Shown: positions 57,790 through 64,000 of the stretch, one piece after another
Layout: the number at the start of each line of letters is the position of its first letter
How positions within the stretch are numbered: position 1 is the stretch's first letter
NCBI GenBank assembly: GCA_965228735.1
Contig: OZ245838.1
Location: 96,001 to 160,000 of the forward strand
DNA from: Planctomycetota bacterium
Lineage (GTDB): Bacteria; Planctomycetota; UBA1135; UBA2386
DNA length: 64,000 bases
Direction: 5' to 3'
The notes under the pieces: generated by a model
Told to the model about the DNA's origin: nothing
The model's input: only the letters and a program-made list of their open reading frames with translations
The model's database searches: none
Position numbers and translations under genes: made by a program

Positions 57790-59463
57790 GTGCATCGTTC
57801 GTGGTTCGGCCTGGCGTCCCGACGCCATCGGTGGGGTGTCGCCGCTCTGATCGCGACGCTCGCCACGGCGCTGTGTCCGGCGCAGGAGCCCGTGAGCGGC
57901 GATCCGGACGGGCCTCGAACGCCCGATTCCGAGACGCCGTCGCCCGTCGTCGGGTCGCCGCCCGAGCCCCGGTCGGTGCCCGGCCTGCCGGTGCCTGGCG
58001 GCGAGGTCGCGTCGATGTGGTGGCAGCGCGAGGGGCGCCGCCGGCTGGACGCCGAAGACCCGTGGCTGGCCTGGCAGCTGTTCCAGCGCGCGGCGACGGT
58101 CGCGCCGCCCGGGCCGCCGGACGTCGGGCAGTTGCTCGGGCTCGGCGAGTCCCACCTCATGCTCGGCCGCGCGGCGTTCGCGCGGCGCTACGCGGAGCGC
58201 GTCGTCGCGCGCGAGGACGACAACCAGGACGGCATGGCGTTGTGCGTGCGCGCTTTGATCCGGGCCCGCGCGTTCGACCTCGCCGTCACCCGGTCGCGCC
58301 GCTACGTCGACAGCGTGCCGCTGCCGGCGCCCGAACTGCTCGCCGCGCGCGGCTCGGCGCTGTTCCGGGTGCAGCGCATCGACGAATCAGCCGCGGTCTA
58401 TCGGCGCGTCTGTGCGCTCGCCCCGCGGCACCCGGAGGCCAACCTGCGGCTCGGCTCCGGCCTGACCGCGCCCGTCGAGATCGACGTCTCGTCGAATCTG
58501 CGGTCCGCGGTCATCGCGAGCCGCGCCGGCAAGCACGATCGCGCGATCGAGCTGCTGCTCGAGGTCCTGCAGGACGAGCCCGGCAATCCGATCGCGCACC
58601 GGCTGCTCGGCGAAGCGCTCTACAACGATCGCGCGACGATGGCGATGGCGTCGACGGACGCGGCGTTCGCCGCGCTGCGGGACGCGATGCCGGTGCCCTA
58701 CGTGCGGGGCCTGCCCGTCGCGGCGTTCGTCGTCGGCTACGACGAGCTGTCGCCGAGTCGCCGCCGCGTCGTCGACCGCACCGCGGCGCTGTTCGCGCGC
58801 CACCTCGGCAAGCTCGTCGCGATCGGCAGTCGCCACCAGCTGCTGCTCGAGCTCGAACGCACGACCGACGCGAAGTCGCGGCAGTCGCTGCGCGGTCAGC
58901 GCACGTTCGACGGGCGGGTCTGGGACGATGTGCGCGGGATCGGCGGGCTGCAGGCGGCCACGGGAATCGAGAGCCTCGACGAGGCGGCGCAGTTCGGGTT
59001 CGACACGATCGCGCACGAGGTCGCGCACCAGGTGCACTTCTACGCGTTCACGCCGCTGCAGCGCGCGAAGATCAAGCGGCTCTACAAGACCGCGCTGCGC
59101 GAGAACAGGTGTCTGGACTTCTACGCGGCGAGCAACGAGGCCGAGTACTTCGGGCAGGGTGTCGAGGCGTTCGTGAGTCTCGGCAAGCGACCGGGCTGCG
59201 AGACGACGCACGGCCACACGCGGTTCGAGCTCTTCGCCATGGATCCCGCGCTGCACGACTTCATCGCCGGCCTCGTCGACGACGATCCACTGCGGGACTT
59301 CCGGCGGCGCGAGGCGATCCTCGCGGCCGCGACCGCCGTGGCGCTGCGCTGCGGCCGCCCGTCCGACGCGATGGTGGCGCTCGGCTGGATGGAGCCGAGC
59401 CCGGAACGGGAGCGCCTCGCGCGGGCGGCCGAGACGGCGCTCGCGGCCGCCACGACGCGTTGA
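57790..59463 (+). CDS. Exported TPR protein with C-terminal zincin (HExxH) domain
   Basis: TPR repeats; IAHEVAH; YAASN.AEYF; start uncertain (57724-57790). Confidence 0.75.
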   Translation: MHRSWFGLASRRHRWGVAALIATLATALCPAQEPVSGDPDGPRTPDSETPSPVVGSPPEPRSVPGLPVPGGEVASMWWQREGRRRLDAEDPWLAWQLFQRAATVAPPGPPDVGQLLGLGESHLMLGRAAFARRYAERVVAREDDNQDGMALCVRALIRARAFDLAVTRSRRYVDSVPLPAPELLAARGSALFRVQRIDESAAVYRRVCALAPRHPEANLRLGSGLTAPVEIDVSSNLRSAVIASRAGKHDRAIELLLEVLQDEPGNPIAHRLLGEALYNDRATMAMASTDAAFAALRDAMPVPYVRGLPVAAFVVGYDELSPSRRRVVDRTAALFARHLGKLVAIGSRHQLLLELERTTDAKSRQSLRGQRTFDGRVWDDVRGIGGLQAATGIESLDEAAQFGFDTIAHEVAHQVHFYAFTPLQRAKIKRLYKTALRENRCLDFYAASNEAEYFGQGVEAFVSLGKRPGCETTHGHTRFELFAMDPALHDFIAGLVDDDPLRDFRRREAILAAATAVALRCGRPSDAMVALGWMEPSPERERLARAAETALAAATTR

Positions 59464-59534
59464 CGGGCTGGCGCGCCTGAGCGCGGTACCGCGGCGGCTG
59501 TAACCAACGGCGCCGGCAACGCCACAGTGAGGGC

Positions 59535-60224
59535 ATGGAGGTCTCCCTCTCACCCGTCGCGCCGCGTTACGGTCCGCGCGAGCGCCTGGCGCAGCTCGGC
59601 GAATCGCGCCTCAGCGACGCGGAGTGCATCGCGCTCATCCTGCGCACGGGCGCGCGCGGGGAGACCGCCGAGCAACTCGGGCAGCGCATGCTGCGGCGAT
59701 TCGGTGGTGTCGCGGGACTCGCGAGTGCGCGCGTGCACGAACTCGCGCAGGAACCGCGGGTCGGGCCGGTGCGCGCCGCGGCGATCGTCGCGGCGTTCGG
59801 CCTCGCGCGGCGGCTGACGGAGGTCGAACTGCGACCTGGTCGGGTGGTCCGGCACGCGACCGAGGTCGCGCGTCTGATTCGCGACTCGGTTCGCGGGGCC
59901 CGGCGGGAGAGCTTCTTCGCGCTGCTGCTCGACGCTCGCCACCACGTTCTCACGCTGCACGTCGTGAGCACGGGCAGTGTCGACGCTGCGCCCGTGCATC
60001 CGCGCGAGGTCTTCGCGCCGGCGATCCGTGACAGCGCTGCGGCCGTCATCGTCGCGCACAATCACCCGACGGGCGATCCGTCGCCGAGCGCCGACGATCG
60101 GCGCGTGACGGAGCGGCTGCGCGAGGTCGGGACCCTCGTCGGGATCACCCTGCTGGATCATCTCGTCGTCGGGGAAGACCGGTTCTACTCGTTCGCGGAC
60201 GAGGCGATTCGCCCCATCGTTTGA
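59535..60224 (+). CDS. radC: RadC (JAB/MPN) family protein
   Basis: PRERL...LSDAE..A..L..G, VHPREVF, HNHPTGD..PS..D, LLDH. Confidence 0.95.
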   Translation: MEVSLSPVAPRYGPRERLAQLGESRLSDAECIALILRTGARGETAEQLGQRMLRRFGGVAGLASARVHELAQEPRVGPVRAAAIVAAFGLARRLTEVELRPGRVVRHATEVARLIRDSVRGARRESFFALLLDARHHVLTLHVVSTGSVDAAPVHPREVFAPAIRDSAAAVIVAHNHPTGDPSPSADDRRVTERLREVGTLVGITLLDHLVVGEDRFYSFADEAIRPIV

Positions 60225-60348
60225 GTCGCCCGGCGCCGGTTCCCCGGTCGGAGCGGTCCGCGCCGCGGATTTCTGTCAGAATCTCCCGAAGATCCCGCGG
60301 CGGCCGGTTCCTCCCTCCTGACCGACGACCCGACCAGCAAGGGCCACG

Positions 60349-62802
60349 ATGGCAGCGACCGATCCCAGCAAGTTCAACGAGCTCGTGCGCACGCACCACG
60401 CCGCGGTGTTCCGCAGCGCGCAGCGCGTCACGGGCGATGCGGATGCGGCGGCCGACGTGGTGCAGGACGTGTTCCTGCGCGTGCTGCGTGGCCGGCAGAG
60501 AATTGACCGCGCGGAGAACGTCCGCGCCGTCCTGTGCTGGCTCGGAACCAGGCTCGCGCAGAACCACGTGCGCGCGGCCCGGCGTCGGCAAGCTCGCGAG
60601 GACCGCACGATGACCGATCACGACTCCGTATCTTCCGCCCACGATTCCGCTGCCGATCCGGCACAGGCGGCGGCCGACCGCGATCTGCTGCAGCGGCTCG
60701 CGGCACTCGTTGCCCGGCTACCGCGCGACCTGCGACTGCCGCTGCAGCTGCGTTGCGAGGACGACCTCACGTTTTCGGCGATCGGCACGGCGCTCGCGAT
60801 CTCGGAATCGACGGCGCACGATCGCTACGAGCGGGCGCTCGCGCGGTTGCGGAACGACCTCGGTGATCGAACGCGCTACGGCGCGACTGCCGTGCCGATC
60901 GCGGAGTTGCTGCGCGGCAACCCGTTGCCGCCAGCACCCGCCGGCCTCGAGGCGCGACTGCTCGAACTCGGCCACGCGTCGGTGTTGTCGACGGTGAGCG
61001 TCGCCCGCCGCGTCGCGCTCGTCTGCGTTTCGGCGACCGTGGTGGTCGCGGTCGCCGTGGGCGCTGCGATCGGGGTCGGGGACGAGCCGAAACCGGCCGC
61101 GACCTCGTCCGGAGCTGCCGCCGCCGTCGCCGACCCGGAACCCGCACCCGCGGTCGATGCCGGCGCCGTCGCGGCTCGAGAACGCGTGGCGGTTGCGCCG
61201 GCGCCGGATGGCGGGCGCGGTCCGACATCCACCCTCGTGCCGGGGACCACAGGTGGACAGATCCTCACCGGCACGGTGCACGATGCCGCTGACTTCCCGG
61301 TCGCGATGGCGCGCGTCGTCGTCGTCGCCGGCGGTGGGCTCAAGCCGTTCAAGCTCGGCAGCACGACGACCGACGCCGACGGAGCGTTCGAGGTCGAGCT
61401 CGACGGCGGCAAGATCGGGCTCCGGCGCGGTGCGTTCAAGGTGCGCGTCTTCGAGGGCGCGCGGCGACTGCACGAGACCGCCGACATCGCGCTGCCGCGG
61501 GCAGCCGATGCCGAGCCGCTCGCGATCGTTTTGCCGGCGGCTGCCGGCACGGCGGCGACGCGCTTCGAGCTCGCGGTCACGGTGCTCGATGCGAACGGGG
61601 CACCCGTCGCGGCCGTTCCCGTCAAGGCGCTGCCGGTGCCGGTGTTTCCCGATGGCGCCGAATCGGAGCAGCGCCCGTATCTGCACGGCCGCCGCGAACC
61701 CGACGCGACCACGGATGCGCGCGGTTGCGCCGTGATCTCCGGGCGAAAGCCGGGGCCGATGTGGCTCTTTGTCGACGGGCGCGAGGCCGGGCACACGGCG
61801 CGTTGTGACCGCCATCTCGTTGCCGGGCCGGGGCGGTCGGCAGCGACCGTTCGGCTCGCGCCCGCGGCCACCGTCACCGTCGAGTTCTCGGTGGTCGACG
61901 ACGGCACGATGCCGCACCGGCCGTCGCTGTGGATGATCGCCGCGGACGGCGTGCAGCATCAGGCCGAGGTCGGCGGCGATCGCGTCGCGCAGTTCACGAA
62001 CGTGAGCCCGATCGCGCACACGCTCAAGGTCTCGGGCTACCCGTGGTCCGGCGTCGAGCTCGTCGACGTCGTCCCGCGCGACGAGCCGTATCGCATCGAG
62101 CTCAAGCGCGGGGACGATGCGCGCGACGTCGGCGACCACATGGCCGAGATCCACGGTTCGCTCGTCGATGCGGCGACGGGTGAGGTCGTGCCGTATGGCG
62201 CGTTCGAGGTCGAGTTCTACGAGGGCCCGGCGCTCGGCAGCTCGGTCGGCAGTTCGACGATCGCGACGGACTGCTGCCCGCCGCCGCCGCCGGTGCAGCG
62301 CGCGGCCGGGCCCGGCAAGCAGACGACGTTCGGCAAGACGCACCTCACGGCGGGCCGCTGGGTGCTCGTCGCCACGGTCGACGGCTATGCCGCAACCGCT
62401 CACGAGTTCGTGCTCGAACGCAACCAGTTGCTCGCCGACGTCAAGGTGCCGCTGCGCCGCGGCGCGACGGTCAGCGGGCGGATCGTGGACGAGAAGGGCG
62501 AGCCGATGTCGCGGGTCCAGGTGCGGGTCGTCGGCGTCGGCCCGGCCGCGGACGCCGTGCTCGATCGCGCGCGGGCGCTCAGCCGCAGTGGTGGCAAGCG
62601 CGCGAGCTGGCCGAGCGTCGGCCTCGTCGGCAGCTGGACGCAGAAGGACGGCACGTTCACCCTGCCCGGCATCCCGCCGGACACGGCCGTGCGGATCGTC
62701 GCATGGCGGCGCGACACCGGCCTCGCGGTCACGGCTCCCAACGTCTATCGCAGCGATGCCGACGTCGACGATTTCGTGCTGCGGTTGCCCGCGGGACGGT
62801 GA
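60349..62802 (+). CDS. ECF sigma-70 factor fused to a TM helix and carboxypeptidase-regulatory-like beta domains
   Basis: sigma2 (DVVQDVFL, WL), sigma4 (I...L.IS.ST...RA..RLR); TM VALVCVSATVVVAVAVGAAI; repeated G.V.D..G.PV..V units. Confidence 0.88.
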   Translation: MAATDPSKFNELVRTHHAAVFRSAQRVTGDADAAADVVQDVFLRVLRGRQRIDRAENVRAVLCWLGTRLAQNHVRAARRRQAREDRTMTDHDSVSSAHDSAADPAQAAADRDLLQRLAALVARLPRDLRLPLQLRCEDDLTFSAIGTALAISESTAHDRYERALARLRNDLGDRTRYGATAVPIAELLRGNPLPPAPAGLEARLLELGHASVLSTVSVARRVALVCVSATVVVAVAVGAAIGVGDEPKPAATSSGAAAAVADPEPAPAVDAGAVAARERVAVAPAPDGGRGPTSTLVPGTTGGQILTGTVHDAADFPVAMARVVVVAGGGLKPFKLGSTTTDADGAFEVELDGGKIGLRRGAFKVRVFEGARRLHETADIALPRAADAEPLAIVLPAAAGTAATRFELAVTVLDANGAPVAAVPVKALPVPVFPDGAESEQRPYLHGRREPDATTDARGCAVISGRKPGPMWLFVDGREAGHTARCDRHLVAGPGRSAATVRLAPAATVTVEFSVVDDGTMPHRPSLWMIAADGVQHQAEVGGDRVAQFTNVSPIAHTLKVSGYPWSGVELVDVVPRDEPYRIELKRGDDARDVGDHMAEIHGSLVDAATGEVVPYGAFEVEFYEGPALGSSVGSSTIATDCCPPPPPVQRAAGPGKQTTFGKTHLTAGRWVLVATVDGYAATAHEFVLERNQLLADVKVPLRRGATVSGRIVDEKGEPMSRVQVRVVGVGPAADAVLDRARALSRSGGKRASWPSVGLVGSWTQKDGTFTLPGIPPDTAVRIVAWRRDTGLAVTAPNVYRSDADVDDFVLRLPAGR

Positions 62803-62821
62803 GGCGCCGCGGCCGCCAGGC

Positions 62822-63943
62822 TCACTTGTCCTTGTCGAGCTTGCGGGCGGGCGGGCCGCCGTCGACCGCGACATCGAGCATCCGAACCGGGGGCACCGGT
62901 GCGCCCTGGAACGTGCCCGTCACGCTCGTGCCGACGAGCACGCCGCCGTGCGTCTCGAAGTCGCCGAACTGCAGAACGAGTTCACCGAACCGCTGCGTCG
63001 GGCCACGCGCCCGCGCCTTCGAGGTGCGCACGACCCCGGCGTCATCGAGTCCGAGCTCGAGCGCGACACCGTCGATCCAGATGGCGAGGCGGTCGTAGCT
63101 GCCGCCGGCGCCCGCCGGGGTGTCGATGGCCGCGGCCACGGCCACGACCGCCTGTGGTCGTGTCAGCGCGTGGTGCAAGGCGACGAGCGGTCGGCATCGC
63201 AGTCGCCGACCCATCTCGCGGCGGCCCGCGGGGCCCATCGGTTCGTTCTTGCCGTCGGTGATCTGTCGGCTGTGCTTGCCCGCGAGCACGCTCGCGTAGT
63301 GCCACGATTCGTCGCCGCGGCGAATCGTCGTGGTGAGTCGCGTGCGGTCCGGGAAGCCGACGACGTAGCGGAGGTCGTACGTGTAGCCGTTGCGTTCGTA
63401 CTCGCGGCGGAACGCCAGCGACCGGAGCGTGCGCAGGCGTTCCGCTCCGCCATGCGCGGCGACGGCCTTGCCCAGCAACTCACGACCGCGGGCGATCGCC
63501 GCGGCGCTCGGCTGCGGGCGCGCAACGTCGGGGTCGAAGCACGCGGCCGGGTTCTTCGCGAACCCGTCGCGGCACGGATCGCTCGCGAAGATGTAGATCC
63601 GACCGTCGTGGACGAGGAACCGATCCGGGGATCCACGACCGCTGAGCGGGCCCATGCTCGCGCAGCCGCCGTCCATCTGGATCGCGAAACGCTGCGGCGC
63701 GGCGAGGAACGTCGCGCGGTTCTTCGCCGACTCGAAGCGGTAGGTGTAGCCGCCATAGCTCGCCTGGTGCGCCGCCTCACCGGCGGTTTCCTGGCCGGCG
63801 GTCAACGACACGGGGTCGAGCCCGCGCAGCGCGGGGGACGTGGTGTCGTCCTGCGCCGGGAGCGACGCCGCGATCGCGAGAGCGGCGGCGCCGAGGGTGA
63901 GCCGTCCGGGCCGGCCTGATCGGGAGGGGGAGTGGTTGGTCAT
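62822..63943 (-). CDS. Exported YHS-domain protein with C-terminal beta domain
   Basis: G.DPVS, Y.F.S..NR..F...P; second YHS repeat YIFAS..C...F..NP; AVAAHGG. Confidence 0.8.
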   Translation of the reverse strand: MTNHSPSRSGRPGRLTLGAAALAIAASLPAQDDTTSPALRGLDPVSLTAGQETAGEAAHQASYGGYTYRFESAKNRATFLAAPQRFAIQMDGGCASMGPLSGRGSPDRFLVHDGRIYIFASDPCRDGFAKNPAACFDPDVARPQPSAAAIARGRELLGKAVAAHGGAERLRTLRSLAFRREYERNGYTYDLRYVVGFPDRTRLTTTIRRGDESWHYASVLAGKHSRQITDGKNEPMGPAGRREMGRRLRCRPLVALHHALTRPQAVVAVAAAIDTPAGAGGSYDRLAIWIDGVALELGLDDAGVVRTSKARARGPTQRFGELVLQFGDFETHGGVLVGTSVTGTFQGAPVPPVRMLDVAVDGGPPARKLDKDK

Positions 63944-64000
63944 GGCAGCGAGACGAATGCGGCAGCGCCGGAATCGACAGCGATCAGCGTGCCCGGCTCG

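Noticed and set aside
59535..60224. radC as a marker of a mobile element or defence island
   Set aside because: Full-length chromosomal-type RadC with the N-terminal PRERL/HhH region; no integrase or mobility genes nearby.

Overview
High-GC bacterial chromosome segment, most likely from a Planctomycetota/PVC-type organism. This is inferred from a PVC-type DUF1080/heme-c protein, an ECF sigma factor fused to a long exported extension, and many exported hypothetical proteins. Most of the window is housekeeping: cbpA-like DnaJ, ABC-F, hisS, polA, recJ, selA-selD, nusA-infB-DUF503-rbfA, rlmI-like, thiS, rpmH, nadD, rsmG, miaA, yidC, gmhB and radC, plus envelope-glycan and signalling genes. I found no rRNA, tRNA, CRISPR array, transposase or integrase. 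The ORF track misses or truncates two genes: selD, which is a selenoprotein with an in-frame UGA and a SECIS-like hairpin, and rpmH (44 aa). The most unusual signals are: (1) a receiver + histidine-kinase-like protein whose two phospho-acceptor residues look swapped (His at the receiver Asp position, Asp at the H-box His position); (2) an intact GT2 followed by a catalytically degenerate GT2 paralogue fused to a FemAB-like GNAT; (3) a STAS protein with a PilZ-like tail, divergent from a GAF-PP2C phosphatase; (4) a two-lipoprotein operon pairing a hydrophobic-hairpin protein with a Ser hydrolase; (5) several intergenic palindromic repeat families. The repeat hotspot at 45.1-45.6 kb holds a perfect 36-bp antisense copy of a gene's own coding sequence, a duplicated rsmG 3' end and a strong local strand skew. 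All annotations come from motif reading by eye; no database searches were run.
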